64,000 bases of DNA from positions 3,430 to 67,429 of the forward strand of contig CAVYXX010000068.1 in the NCBI GenBank assembly GCA_963772355.1, in the 5' to 3' direction. The notes beneath the pieces are model-generated. The model did not search any database, had not been told where the DNA came from, and saw nothing but the letters and a program-made list of their open reading frames with translations. The stretch is from an uncultured Alphaproteobacteria bacterium. Its GTDB lineage: Bacteria > Pseudomonadota > Alphaproteobacteria > Acetobacterales > Acetobacteraceae. The position numbers were made by a program, and so were the translations under genes. Of the stretch, positions 31,729-42,538 are shown one piece after another (within the stretch, counting starts at the first letter, position 1; the number at the start of each line of letters is the position of its first letter).

Positions 31729-34230
31729 ATGACAGTTCCTCGATTTAATAGCTCCGGCCGGTTCGATCCGGCCAACCTGTTCCGCCCCGCCTCGATCGCG
31801 GTGATTGGCGCGAACACCGAAGCGGGAGGGCAGATCGCCGCCAACTTGGCGCTTTCCCAATACAAGGGAGAGGTGCAGGCGATCACCGACGCCTCGCGAT
31901 TAACCGGGACACCGCACCTCGCCATCCTGGCGGTCGCGCCGGACCAGGTTGGCCCCTCCATGACGCTGTTGGCGGAACGGGACTGCTTTGCCGCAATCGT
32001 CGCCGGCCCGGCCGATGACCTCGGCGCCCATGTGGCACGCACTGGTGTTCGGGTGCTTGGCGAAGATTCATTCGGCATCGCAGTTCCGCGACTGAACCTG
32101 AACGCCACGCGGTCGCATATTCCGCCGCCGCCAGGCCGGCTGGCGTTGATTTCTCAGTCCGCGGCGCTGAGCCGAGCGGTCATCGACTGGGCGGGGCCCA
32201 ACGGCGTCGGATTCAGCCATGTGGTCGGAGTCGGAACCAATGCGGATATCGGTTTTGCGCTGACCCTGGATTGGCTGTCGCGTGACGCCAACACCGGCGC
32301 GATCCTGCTGGACATCCGCCGGATCAAGAACCACCGTCTGTTTTTATCCGCCGCGCGCGCTGCCGCCACGCTGCGCCCCGTGGTGGCGATTCGCGCCGGC
32401 CTGCGGCTGCTGGATGAGGATGGTGCCGCGGATTTGTCGTTCGAGGCGGCATTGCGGCGCGCCGGCGTCCTCACCGTCAAGCGGCTGGAGGATTTGCTGG
32501 CGGCGGCGGAAACGCTGTCGCGTGCCAAGCCCGCTCGCGGCAACACCTTGGCAATCGTCAGCAATGCCAGCGGTCCCGGCCGCCTAGCCGCCGATAGCGT
32601 GCTGCGAGAGGGCCTGTGCCTGGTTCCGACTGACGGACCGGACCATGGGATCCTGCACGTCCCTTCCGCCGAACTCGCCACAACCGCGTTCGGCCTCGCC
32701 GCCCAGCCAAGTATCGGCGGCGTCATGGTCGTCCATGCTCCGTTAGGGCCCAATGACGAGGATATGATAGAGAGTTTGTGTCGTCCGCCGAAGGATCTGC
32801 GAGCGCCGGTCCTGGTTTGCGCGATGGGCGAGACCACCGGAGCGGTGCACAGGACCCTTCTAGGGCGGGCCGGAGTACCGGTGTTTGCCACCCCGGACCA
32901 GGCGGCGAAAGGCTTTCGGGACCTGGTCAGAGACCGGCGCAACCGCGAGGCGGCGCGCGAACTGCCCGCAAGCACGGTTTTGAGTTTCGAACCCGAGCGC
33001 GACTGGGTGCGGCGCCGGTTTGCGAACGCTCGTGCCAATGGCCGGTTGTGCTTTGCGCAAGATGAATCGCTGGCTATCCTCAGCGCCTACGGTATTCCGA
33101 CCATTCCCTCTCGATTTGCAGCCAATCCGCTCGATGCGGGCACTGCCGCGGACTTGCTGGGCTATCCGGCGGTCGTCAAGTTGCGCGATACCGCGGCACC
33201 AGCCGATCGGTTGTCCAACAGCCTGGTGTTCGACTTGCACGATGCGTCGCATATCGTCGCCGCGGCGGATTTGCTTTCGGCCCGAGCGCTGCGGCACGGC
33301 GGGACGGGGGAACTGTTAGTGCAGCGCCATGCCGGACGAGGCCGCGAGGTCGGCGTTCGGGTCGCGGATGACGCCACGTTTGGGCCGATGATCGCGTTTG
33401 GAGGCGGCGGAACGCGGTCCGATCCGACCGATCTGGCAGTCGATTTGCCGCCCTTGAACCTGATATTGGCGAATGGCTTAATTCAGAGAAGCCGCACCGG
33501 CGCCATGCTGGGCAGACCGCTGCGCGATCAACCGGCTGCAAATGCCGAGGTGGTGGCGCAACTATTAGTCCGGATCAGCCAGCTAGTCGTCGATTTTCCC
33601 GAGATCGCGGTGTTGGAACTGCCTTCGGTGTTCGTGGACGCCTCCGGCGTGGCGGTAGCCGATGCCTGGCTGCGGTTACGCGGACCGCAGGAGCCGGTTG
33701 CGCGGCTGGCGATCGCCCCATATCCGGTGGAACTGACGGAACACCAGCTCGTTGGCGAGGAAGCGATCACGATCCGCCCAATCCGGCCGGAAGATGCGCA
33801 GGCTCACAAAGCGTTTTTCTCGCGTCTGTCGCCGCAGGATATCCGCTTTCGCTTCTTCAGTTCGATGCGGGAGTTGTCGCCTGAGCAGACGGTGCGGCTG
33901 ACCCAGGTAGATTACGACCGCGAGATGGCGTTCATCGCGGTGCGAGACTCGACTGAAGAGACGGTAGGCGTTGCTCGGCTGGCTTGCGATTTCGAGGCAA
34001 GGGCAGGGGAGTTCGCGGTGATCGTGCAGGCGGACATGAAAGGACGAGGTTTGGCCTCGCGTTTGATGCACCGGTTGATCGAGTGGGGGCGGACGCGAGG
34101 ACTACGAGAGATCGAGGGGCAGATCCTCGCCGATAATCAGCCGATGCTGGCATTTATCCGGCACATGGGGTTCACCGTGCATCGAATGGCTAACGATCCC
34201 GAAGTGATGGAGGCGAAGCTTCCTCTTTAG
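31729..34230 (+). CDS. Pat-type protein lysine acetyltransferase (acyl-CoA synthetase-like domains plus C-terminal GNAT)
   Basis: LFRPASIAVIGA, ISQSAA, D.TFGP.I.FG.GG, LAIAPYP, IRPIRPED, LTQVDYDREMAF, KGRGLA. Confidence 0.9.
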   Translation: MTVPRFNSSGRFDPANLFRPASIAVIGANTEAGGQIAANLALSQYKGEVQAITDASRLTGTPHLAILAVAPDQVGPSMTLLAERDCFAAIVAGPADDLGAHVARTGVRVLGEDSFGIAVPRLNLNATRSHIPPPPGRLALISQSAALSRAVIDWAGPNGVGFSHVVGVGTNADIGFALTLDWLSRDANTGAILLDIRRIKNHRLFLSAARAAATLRPVVAIRAGLRLLDEDGAADLSFEAALRRAGVLTVKRLEDLLAAAETLSRAKPARGNTLAIVSNASGPGRLAADSVLREGLCLVPTDGPDHGILHVPSAELATTAFGLAAQPSIGGVMVVHAPLGPNDEDMIESLCRPPKDLRAPVLVCAMGETTGAVHRTLLGRAGVPVFATPDQAAKGFRDLVRDRRNREAARELPASTVLSFEPERDWVRRRFANARANGRLCFAQDESLAILSAYGIPTIPSRFAANPLDAGTAADLLGYPAVVKLRDTAAPADRLSNSLVFDLHDASHIVAAADLLSARALRHGGTGELLVQRHAGRGREVGVRVADDATFGPMIAFGGGGTRSDPTDLAVDLPPLNLILANGLIQRSRTGAMLGRPLRDQPAANAEVVAQLLVRISQLVVDFPEIAVLELPSVFVDASGVAVADAWLRLRGPQEPVARLAIAPYPVELTEHQLVGEEAITIRPIRPEDAQAHKAFFSRLSPQDIRFRFFSSMRELSPEQTVRLTQVDYDREMAFIAVRDSTEETVGVARLACDFEARAGEFAVIVQADMKGRGLASRLMHRLIEWGRTRGLREIEGQILADNQPMLAFIRHMGFTVHRMANDPEVMEAKLPL

Positions 34231-34251
34231 GCGTCCCGGCTGTGGCGGCGC

Positions 34252-35442
34252 TTACTTGGCCAGCACTGGTTGTTTCACTGTCTGGCTTTTGAATGCCGGC
34301 ATCACCTCCTTGGCGAAACGTTCAAGCTGTTCGAGGATCACCGACTTCGGCACGCCCAGCGACGGGCTGATGGAGACCCGATCCAGGCCTGGATAGGCTT
34401 TTTCCAGCTTCTTCAGATGCTCGATGATCTCGCTTGCGGAACCGGTCAAGAAACCGCCGGATTCCACAGCGTCCTCGATCCGCGGCAGCTTGGCGGTCGG
34501 CGCGCGCAGCGGATCGCGCATGATCTCGATCTGCTCGTCGGTCATCGCACGGTTCAACCGCAGTTCGCCGAACATCTTCATGTTCTCTTCGTAGTATTTT
34601 GCCGCCTCACGGATGCCTTGCTCTTTGCTTTCGCCGATATAGAAGTGGAAGCCGAAGCACAGCCGCTCGCCGAGGTCGATGTGCTTGCCGATTTTGGCAT
34701 GCTCTCCTTGCCATTTCAGCACCACGTTGTGCATCGCGCCGCCTTCGGCCGAACCACCGCCGACCATGCCCTGGATGCCGTGTTTCGCCATGAAGGCCAG
34801 AGCGCGCTCGGAGCCCCCCTGGATTGGCTGCCAGCATTCGACCGGCAGGCGAGCGGGGCGAGGCACCAACGTTAGATCCTTCAGTGCATAGCCGCGGTAG
34901 GGAACCTCTGGCGGCAGAGTGTAGTGCTTGCCCTTGTGGCTGAAGGACTCGTTATTGAACGCCTTAAAGATAATATCGACCTGTTCTTCAAATAATTCGC
35001 GGTTTGCCTCCTGATCCATAAGCGGCGAGCCAAACGTTTCGACCTCGCGCGTGTGGTAACCACGCCCGACGCCAAACACGACACGCCCGTTCGAGAGGAT
35101 ATCTGCCATTGCGTAATCCTCGGCAAGGCGCAGCGGGTGCCACATCGGAGTGATATTAAAGCCGCAGCCGATGGCGATGCTTTTCGTCAGGTGGGTCAGG
35201 TGCAGAGCCATCATCAGGACGTTTGGAATGCACTCGGTGCCTTCGCGCTGGAAGTGGTGTTCGGCCATCCAGAAGGTTGAGTAGCCGAGCCGGTCCATCG
35301 TTTGGGCAATCGCCTGCGCCTTCGACAGGGCAGTGGACAGGTGAGCGTTGTCGTAGCGGCGGTCATTGATCGGGGTGCCGCCGTAGCCAATATCTTCGAT
35401 ATCGGTATGACCCGCGAACAGGCTGTCGAATTTGGTGATCAT
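34252..35442 (-). CDS. LLM-class flavin-dependent oxidoreductase
   Basis: WMAEHHF, WHPLRLAEDYA, GVGRGY, FAKEVMP. Confidence 0.92.
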   Translation of the reverse strand: MITKFDSLFAGHTDIEDIGYGGTPINDRRYDNAHLSTALSKAQAIAQTMDRLGYSTFWMAEHHFQREGTECIPNVLMMALHLTHLTKSIAIGCGFNITPMWHPLRLAEDYAMADILSNGRVVFGVGRGYHTREVETFGSPLMDQEANRELFEEQVDIIFKAFNNESFSHKGKHYTLPPEVPYRGYALKDLTLVPRPARLPVECWQPIQGGSERALAFMAKHGIQGMVGGGSAEGGAMHNVVLKWQGEHAKIGKHIDLGERLCFGFHFYIGESKEQGIREAAKYYEENMKMFGELRLNRAMTDEQIEIMRDPLRAPTAKLPRIEDAVESGGFLTGSASEIIEHLKKLEKAYPGLDRVSISPSLGVPKSVILEQLERFAKEVMPAFKSQTVKQPVLAK

Positions 35443-35571
35443 TGGGCCGTCTTCCTCTGCTTTGCCCCGATAGTAGGTTCATCGACAGCCTTGGCAAGTT
35501 TCCGCCACGGCGCAGGAGGCGTGATCCCGCTCTAGTCATCGTGTGTAACAGCGTAGCAGATAGATGCAGCT

Positions 35572-36018
35572 CTAACGTGACCACGTCAGGGCTGCTGCCA
35601 TGGTCGAACACAACGCGAGGAACGTGAGGAAAGCGTTCGCAGCATGCGAATATTCCCACTGCGCCCGCAAGGCCTGCCAATCGGTCGGGACAACCGTCCA
35701 ATTGCTGGTGGCCTGATTTACCGGAAATGTCCAAATGAAGAAGACGGACAACCCGAGACAGAGCAGAATGGCTCCGCCCGCCGCGTAGGCTGTGGGGACC
35801 CGCTGTCTTCGCATCACGAAGGCAGCAAGACTGTTCGCGAGTATCGCCGCAATAACGATAATCCCCAGGAACGCCCAGCCTCGGTAGATTTGCTGCACCG
35901 TCATGTATTGGTCTCGGTCCAAACTCATCTTCTTGGTCATTTCCAGGAGATGTGCACCTCCCGGAACAAGGCCTAGGGCGGTCAGCACGATGGCGACGAA
36001 TTGCAAGGTGCGTGTCAT
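35572..36018 (-). CDS. DUF1772/anthrone oxygenase-like membrane protein
   Basis: AHLLE, TFPVNQAT.NW..P..W..LR.QWEYSH; four TM segments. Confidence 0.75.
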   Translation of the reverse strand: MTRTLQFVAIVLTALGLVPGGAHLLEMTKKMSLDRDQYMTVQQIYRGWAFLGIIVIAAILANSLAAFVMRRQRVPTAYAAGGAILLCLGLSVFFIWTFPVNQATSNWTVVPTDWQALRAQWEYSHAANAFLTFLALCSTMAAALTWSR

Positions 36019-36243
36019 CGGTCTTCTCTCCCTCGACAGCGCGAAGTTCAGTTGTCGCGGCGATTCTGCGCCGGCCCCGTCATAGGTGCCGGCTTCGCCA
36101 TTTGACCGCGGGATCTGTCAGATCGGCCTTCACCAGAGCGGTTCCACCGCGTGGCCAAGCGTCCGCTACCCGCTGGAAAATCGGGCACCACGGTCAAAAT
36201 TGTCCGGCGAGGCTACGTAGGTGGGGAAACGGTTGCGCCGACG

Positions 36244-36513
36244 CTATCCCGCCAGATGGAATCCAGGCTCCTCGGGCGGCTCCGCCAGGTCCTCGTCGAT
36301 TGACGAAACCTCCGCCATCCGCGGACCGCGGCGGCACAGTCGTGACAGTTCCTCCACCGCCGCGACCTCGCCGGCGATCAGCGCCTCCACCGATCCGTCC
36401 GCCCGGTTGCGCACCCACCCGGAAATCCTCAGCTCGGCCGCCTTGTGTACCATCCAGGCGCGGTAACCGACGCCCTGCACCCGACCTGCAATCACCAACC
36501 GCTTTGCGTTCAC
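36244..36513 (-). CDS. Acylphosphatase
   Basis: [21 protein letters not shown]; GTGA overlap with the ATP12 gene. Confidence 0.92.
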   Translation of the reverse strand: MNAKRLVIAGRVQGVGYRAWMVHKAAELRISGWVRNRADGSVEALIAGEVAAVEELSRLCRRGPRMAEVSSIDEDLAEPPEEPGFHLAG

Positions 36514-37223
36514 CGATCCCCCCGCGTGAGCCCGATATACCGTGCCGCCAACGCGATGTCCGCCAACATACTCGTGCGCCGGTCCACCGCCTCGTAGTCG
36601 TCGCCCCATTGCTCGGCTTGGAACAATTCGTCCAGAGCGCCAACGGTATACGCGGTTTCCGCGTCCATTTCCCCGGCGGCGAGTGCCAACCCCAGCACCA
36701 GGCTGCCTAACGCCGGCACCGCAATGCCCAACGCAGCCAGCGCGTCCGCGTCCAGCGCGTCCACCGCCCGGCGGAGGGCGGCAATGCTATCGTGGTGCTG
36801 CTTCACGTAGCCGACACCGGTCGCCACGCGCAACGGCGCATCGTAGGTCAACGCCGCCCAATCCAGCCAAGGCTGCCACTGCTGATGTTGCCGCTGCACA
36901 AGTTTCCGCGGTGTCTCGGCGCGGTAGCACAACAGATCGGTCTCGCCATAGCGGGCGATCGCATCCACCGTCGGGGCCGGATCGGGCGCAATGCGCTCCA
37001 GGGCGGTACCCGCGAGGCGGGTCAGCGGAGTGTCCTTGAATGACATTTCGCCGCCTTTGCCACCGCCGGCCGCTTGCCATTCTTCGGCGATCGCGTGTGC
37101 CAGACGGGCCGGCCTGACCAGCAGCGCGGCGCCGCTCGGCAGGCGCATGGGTTTGCCATCCAGTAGAATTCTATGGCCCTGGTCAGTCCACTCGACCGCA
37201 ACGACATCCCAGAAACGCTTCAC
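36510..37223 (-). CDS. ATP12-family F1 assembly chaperone
   Basis: [37 protein letters not shown]. Confidence 0.9.
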   Translation of the reverse strand: MKRFWDVVAVEWTDQGHRILLDGKPMRLPSGAALLVRPARLAHAIAEEWQAAGGGKGGEMSFKDTPLTRLAGTALERIAPDPAPTVDAIARYGETDLLCYRAETPRKLVQRQHQQWQPWLDWAALTYDAPLRVATGVGYVKQHHDSIAALRRAVDALDADALAALGIAVPALGSLVLGLALAAGEMDAETAYTVGALDELFQAEQWGDDYEAVDRRTSMLADIALAARYIGLTRGDR

Positions 37224-37233
37224 CAACCACCTT

Positions 37234-39798
37234 TCAATGAAACAAATTCTTCAGCAACTGCCCGGGGTTCGGTATCCCTTGTTTAGCCCCAGGCTTCGCC
37301 TCCGGCTTACCCACCGCCTCCGGCACCGCCCGACCCCGAGCGGCGGCCAGGGCGGCGGGGCAGATGTCGGTCGGACCACCGAGTAATTTATCGGCACCAA
37401 GCAAGCCACCGACAATCCCCAGCGGCGTGGCATCGCCAATCACCGCGCCGGCGACCGCTCCGGCATTTCGCTCGGCAGCGCCAATTTCGTTAACCTTGAC
37501 CGTCGGATCGCGGATTGGGCCTTCGAGCCCAACCGGAAAGACCACTGGGGTGCCGGCAATCCGAGCTTGCGGCGCCATCGTCAGGGACAGGGTCTCCTCG
37601 CCCAGGTTGATGGTGCCACCGCCGGTCATGGTCAGCAAAGAGGAACTCAGGGCCATCGGGTTGATCGTCCCGATGCCGTGCTTCGCTTCCATCCGCAGGC
37701 CAAAGCATCTCAACTCGCTGTCGCCGCCTTTGCCGACGAGATTTAAAGCGTTTAGCGTGTTCATGAGCTTGCCCAGCAGGCTGCCGAGCAGACGGTTGTC
37801 GATGGTGCCTCCGGCCATGGCGAGGCCAAGCGACCCATCGAGCGAGGCGGCGATCGCGTGCGCGCTGTCGCCTTCGCCGCGCAGGTCCGCGTAAACTTCC
37901 AGGTTACCGGAAGCGACGGATGGTTCGTGGAAGGCGGACAGGATGGTCTTTAGCGCCAGTCCGGGTGCTTGAAACACCACGTGTACCGGCGGCGCGCTCT
38001 GGGTTGCATCGACCGAGGCACTTCCAGCCAGACGACCGCCCGGCAGCTGGGCGGCAAACGGATCAATGGCCAGCTTCCCGTCTTTCAGCACTGCGTGGGT
38101 GTTGATCGCCTTATAGTCGGCGCCCCCGCTGTGAAGATCGGCAATGGCCAAGACCAAATCGACGTCGGCGATCCGCAGCAGGTCGAACGGAATTGGTCGA
38201 TCGGAAAACAGCCGCTCACTGCGCTTCGATCGGGGCGGCGGTTTGACGTCCGACGGCGATTTGGCCGCGGATGGCGGCGACGCTGGCGCACCGGCGGCCG
38301 GCATCTGGTCGAGCTCGGCTTGCAGCGCGTCCAGGTCAATGCGGTTGGACTGCAGTTTTGCAGTCAAAGAGACCTTCTTGCTCAGACCAATCTCGGCATC
38401 GCCTGACAGATCTCCATCGGCGCTCGTCACTGACATGCCGTGCAGCGAGCCACCAGCGTGAAAGCCGCCAGGAGCATCTGATAGCGTGCCGCCGAACGAT
38501 ATCTGCTTTACCGACGGCAGCGGGCGCTTCGCCAGCGGCGAGAAAGCCGACAGATCCGGGATTTGCGCCGTCAGGACGATGTTGGCGCCAGTCAACGCCT
38601 CAGCGTTTGCGATGGTGCCCTTGGCCGCCAACGTTCCACCATAGGCCTGCAACGTTGCATCGACCGGGAACGGCGCGGCAGTCGCATTTGGCAACAGCGA
38701 GGTCAGCGGTCCGGTGGTCACGGCAAGGGCAATGGGCTGACCGCCAAGCTGGCCCGCGGCATCAGCCTTGATCGGCTGGTCCGAGGCGGCCGCCGCGACG
38801 TCCAGATGGCTGAGCGTCAACCCCGCCACTTGGGCGCCGAGGTCGGATGCCCCGGCACGCACGTTCAACGCGGAGATTTCCGGCAGCGGGCCGCCTTTGT
38901 CAGCAACCCTGGCAACAAACGTAACATCATGCAGCGGCGGGGGGACGAAGCCCCCCAGCAACGGCGTAAGGGACGTGGCGTCGGGTACCATGCCGCTGAC
39001 CGCCAGGTCGTAGCCTTTGCCTAGCTGCGGCTGGGTCAGCGATCCGTCCGCGCCGAGCTTCGCGGTACCGACCGTCAGCATCAGCTTGACCGGCCAAGGG
39101 GTTGTCGCGTTCAGCTCCTGCAGGCGGGCCAAACTGCCGGTATCACCGGCCAGGTTGAAAGCCGTGCCGTTGAAGGTGGCATCCGCATCCAGATGCAGCG
39201 GAGCATCAGGGGACGTGGCGGTCGCTTCCAGTCTCGGCAGGCCGAGCGTAGTGACTTTGTTGGTGCGATCGTCGCGGTAGCCGAGTGTGCCGTCCTGGAT
39301 CTGGATGGATGCGACGCTGACTTCTGTTTTCGGGCCACTCCCGGATTTGACCGGGGCCTGAGTGCCGGCAGGGGTTATTGGGGACACCTTCGGCGACAGT
39401 TGCCAGTTGGTATGTCCCTCGGCGTCGGTCTCTAACAGGATATCGGGTTGGATCAGCAGCAGGTGCTCAATGGCGAAATGCCCGGACAGTATCGGCAGCA
39501 GGCCGAGCTGCAGTTCCATGCCCTGAAGCGACGCCATCTGCGGGCGGGAAAAGCCAGGCGGGTTGGAAAAGGTGACGTCGCTGGCCTGGATCGTCGGCCA
39601 CAGCGAGGGTTTCAGGCTGATCTTCCCGTTCAGCGCCAAATCGCGGCCGGTAGCGCGTTTCACCGCGGCGATGATGTCCGGCTTGTACGCGTTCGGGTCG
39701 AAGCGGGTGATCGCGATGGCTGCGATGCCTATCGCCACGACAATGACCGCGGCGATCGCGATCAGGGCGATCCGGAGTGGCCGTCGCGATGAAGTCAT
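37234..39798 (-). CDS. AsmA family protein
   Basis: N-terminal TM, DPNAYKPDI..AVKRATGRDL, NPPGFSRP, long beta-rich body. Confidence 0.88.
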   Translation of the reverse strand: MTSSRRPLRIALIAIAAVIVVAIGIAAIAITRFDPNAYKPDIIAAVKRATGRDLALNGKISLKPSLWPTIQASDVTFSNPPGFSRPQMASLQGMELQLGLLPILSGHFAIEHLLLIQPDILLETDAEGHTNWQLSPKVSPITPAGTQAPVKSGSGPKTEVSVASIQIQDGTLGYRDDRTNKVTTLGLPRLEATATSPDAPLHLDADATFNGTAFNLAGDTGSLARLQELNATTPWPVKLMLTVGTAKLGADGSLTQPQLGKGYDLAVSGMVPDATSLTPLLGGFVPPPLHDVTFVARVADKGGPLPEISALNVRAGASDLGAQVAGLTLSHLDVAAAASDQPIKADAAGQLGGQPIALAVTTGPLTSLLPNATAAPFPVDATLQAYGGTLAAKGTIANAEALTGANIVLTAQIPDLSAFSPLAKRPLPSVKQISFGGTLSDAPGGFHAGGSLHGMSVTSADGDLSGDAEIGLSKKVSLTAKLQSNRIDLDALQAELDQMPAAGAPASPPSAAKSPSDVKPPPRSKRSERLFSDRPIPFDLLRIADVDLVLAIADLHSGGADYKAINTHAVLKDGKLAIDPFAAQLPGGRLAGSASVDATQSAPPVHVVFQAPGLALKTILSAFHEPSVASGNLEVYADLRGEGDSAHAIAASLDGSLGLAMAGGTIDNRLLGSLLGKLMNTLNALNLVGKGGDSELRCFGLRMEAKHGIGTINPMALSSSLLTMTGGGTINLGEETLSLTMAPQARIAGTPVVFPVGLEGPIRDPTVKVNEIGAAERNAGAVAGAVIGDATPLGIVGGLLGADKLLGGPTDICPAALAAARGRAVPEAVGKPEAKPGAKQGIPNPGQLLKNLFH

Positions 39799-40784
39799 TT
39801 TCCTCTCCCGGGAGGTTGCGCCGGCTGGGCGTGGAAGCCCAGCGCTTTAAAAGTACCCCTCATATGGGGCGGCAGGTCAGCCTCGACAGTCAGGGTGCCC
39901 CCCGCCGGATGCGGCAGAACGAGCCTTCTGGCGTGTAAGTGAAGATCGCTGGACAGGCCCTCGATCAGCGCGGAGAATGCCATGTTCTGGTCCGGTTCCT
40001 CGTATTTTTCGTCGCCGAGAATCGGAGCCCTGATCGCGACGCAGTGCACGCGAAGCTGATGAGTGCGGCCGGTGAGCGGCTTCAGTTCCAGCCAGGCCAG
40101 CCTCTGGGCGGCATTATCGAGCGTCTGATAGTCGGTGATGGCACGGGCGCCGTCCGGATCGTCTCGGTCGGCTGGGGCGGTTCGTTCGCCTCTGGCCCCG
40201 CCAACGCGTTTCAGCGGTAGGTCGATGCGGCCCTCCACCGGGACCGGGCGGCCGGCGACCACGGCCCAGTAGGTCTTGTCGATGTCGCGGCCTCGGAACA
40301 GCGCGGCCAGCTTGCCCGCGGTGCCGGGGGTGCGAGCGAGCAGCAGCACCCCAGTGGTGTCACGGTCTAGCCGGTGGACCAGGCGGGGACGGTGTTCGGA
40401 GCCGAAGCGCAGGGCGTCCAGCATGCCGTCGAGATGGCGAGTGATGCCGGGACCGCCCTGCACCGGCAGGCCATAGGGCTTGTTGATCACCAGGATATGG
40501 TCGTCCTGATAAATTACCGCGCTCTGCAGGTCTTTGGCGTCGTAGGGGTCGATTCGGCTGACAGGTTTAGGCGCGGCCGGTGCCTCCATCGGGGGGATGC
40601 GGATCGACTGCCCCGGGGTCAAGCGAGTGTTGGTCCCGGCCCGTGCGCCGTCCACGCGGATCCCGCCGGTGCGGCACAATTTCTGGATCAGGCTCTGCTG
40701 CAAGCCGGGGTGGTGACGGCGCAGCCAGCGATCCAGACGGATGTCGGCCTCGTCCTCCGTCACGGTCTGGGTTTCGGTGGGCAT
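39795..40784 (-). CDS. rluC: RluA-family pseudouridine synthase (RluC-like, S4 domain)
   Basis: RLDRWL, NKPYGLPVQGG, VHRLDRDTTG, TGRTHQLRVH, LHA. Confidence 0.9.
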   Translation of the reverse strand: MPTETQTVTEDEADIRLDRWLRRHHPGLQQSLIQKLCRTGGIRVDGARAGTNTRLTPGQSIRIPPMEAPAAPKPVSRIDPYDAKDLQSAVIYQDDHILVINKPYGLPVQGGPGITRHLDGMLDALRFGSEHRPRLVHRLDRDTTGVLLLARTPGTAGKLAALFRGRDIDKTYWAVVAGRPVPVEGRIDLPLKRVGGARGERTAPADRDDPDGARAITDYQTLDNAAQRLAWLELKPLTGRTHQLRVHCVAIRAPILGDEKYEEPDQNMAFSALIEGLSSDLHLHARRLVLPHPAGGTLTVEADLPPHMRGTFKALGFHAQPAQPPGRGK

Positions 40785-40902
40785 CGGCGGGGTTTGGCGC
40801 TGAGGGCCACGCGGGTCAAGCAGCAAGGTTGACCTTGCCTGGACCGGGATAATATCCGCGAGACGCAGTATCCAATTGGAATCCAATTAGATGCAGGCGC
40901 CA

Positions 40903-40978
40903 AACGTTCGGCAAATCGTTCGTTAACGATTTGGTTCCATCGCGGCGTCGCGTCTGAAGGAGAAAGGTCCCGGACAAC
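40903..40978 (+). repeat. Degenerate ~75-bp direct repeat, copy 1 (promoter/RBS-like; copy 2 at 44651-44725)
   Basis: Core AATCGTTCgTTAACGATTtGGTTCcATCgCGGCGTCgC matches 44661-44698 at 33/38; weaker similarity extends to GACAAC. Confidence 0.75.
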
Positions 40979-41113
40979 CAACAACCGACGCTTCACAAAA
41001 GCGCGATCGGAATGAATAAGATGGGGAACCGAAACGCTGAGTGATAACACGATCGTGTGCCGAACTGCTGAACAAGGTGTCACCGGCTGTTTTCCGGCCT
41101 GGGAAGAAAAACG

Positions 41114-42538
41114 GTGTCGACTATCGAGGAAGACGACCGCCTGAAAATCGAGGAAGTCCTTCGCAAGAGCGAAGAACGCTTCCGCCAGGTTGTTGAATCC
41201 GCACCCAGCGCCATGGTGATGATTGGCCCCGCCGGCCAAATTGTTATGGTCAATGCCCAATCCGAAAAACTGTTCGGCTACGCGCGCGACGAGATGCTCG
41301 GCCAGCCGATTGAGATCCTGGTGCCCGAGCGTTTCCGAGCCAAACACCCCGGATTGCGAACCGCATTCTTCTCTCGCCCGCTTGCCCGGCCAATGGGCGA
41401 GGGCCGCGATCTCTATGGCCTGAAAAAGGATGCCAGCGAATTCCCGATCGAGATCGGGCTGAACCCGATCGAGACCGATGAGGGCACCATGGTGCTGTCG
41501 GCGATCGTCGACATCTCCGGCCGCAAACGTATGGAGGAGCGTTTCCGTCAGGTGGTCGAATCCGCGCCAAGCGCGATGGTGATGATCGGCGCTTCCGGGA
41601 ATATCGCGATGGTCAACGCTCAGAGCGAGCAATTGTTCGGCTACGGCGTGACGAGATGCTCGGCCAGCCGATTGAGATCCTGGTGCCCGAGCGTTTCCGG
41701 GCCAATCACCCCGGGCTGCGGATGGCCTTTTTTGCGAGACCGGTCTCGCGGCCAATGGGCGCCGGCCGCGATCTCTATGGCCTGAAAAAGGATGGCAGCG
41801 AATTCCCGATCGAGATCGGCCTGAACCCGATCGAAACCGACGAAGGCGATATGGTGCTGTCGGCGATCGTCGACATCTCGGATCGAAAACAGAAGGAAGA
41901 GCGCATCCAAGCCGCGCTGCGGGAGAAAGATATCCTGCTTGGTGAAATCCACCATCGCGTCAAGAACAATCTTCAGGTCATTAACAGCTTGCTTGATCTT
42001 CAGATAGATCGAATAGAGGACAACTTTATCCTCGACATACTACGAGAGAATCAAAATCGTATCAAATCAATGGCGCTCATCCATCAATCACTTTACGAGT
42101 TTAAAGACTTTGGACAAGTCGATTTTGGGATTTTCCTTGATTGGATAGCGCCGACGCTGGTTTCGTCCTATGGCGTCGATCTCGATCGCGTCACCCTTGA
42201 TATCGACGCAGTCGAGGTGCAATTGCCGATCAATGCCGCCGTTCCTTGCGGGCTGATCACCAATGAATTGATCACAAACGCATTGAAGCACGGATTTCCC
42301 GATCAACGACACGGCTTGATTAAAATCCAACTCTCCCGGGAGTTGGAAACTCATGCCATCCTTTGCATCAGCGATAATGGGCAAGGCATTCCGGAAGACC
42401 TCAATTTGGCCAAGACAGACACGTTGGGATTGCAACTGGTGCATCTGCTGACCGACCAGCTTGGCGGCAAATTGACAATTAACCGCGCCAATCCTACTGC
42501 CTTCGGTACTGCGCTTTCCAATCCAGCTCGCACCATGA
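41114..42538 (+). CDS. Double-PAS sensor histidine kinase (HisKA_2 type; frameshifts near 41646 and 42505)
   Basis: Two PAS repeats, EIHHRVKNNLQ, ELITNALKHGF, DNGQG, TLGLQLV; corrected end VLRFPIQLAP-stop overlaps the next ATG (ATGA). Confidence 0.85.
41174..41890 (+). repeat. Tandem ~360-bp PAS-domain duplication (about 41174-41530 and 41537-41890)
   Basis: ERFRQVVESAPSAMVMIG...EFPIEIGLNPIETDEG.MVLSAIVDIS occurs twice with high DNA identity. Confidence 0.9.
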
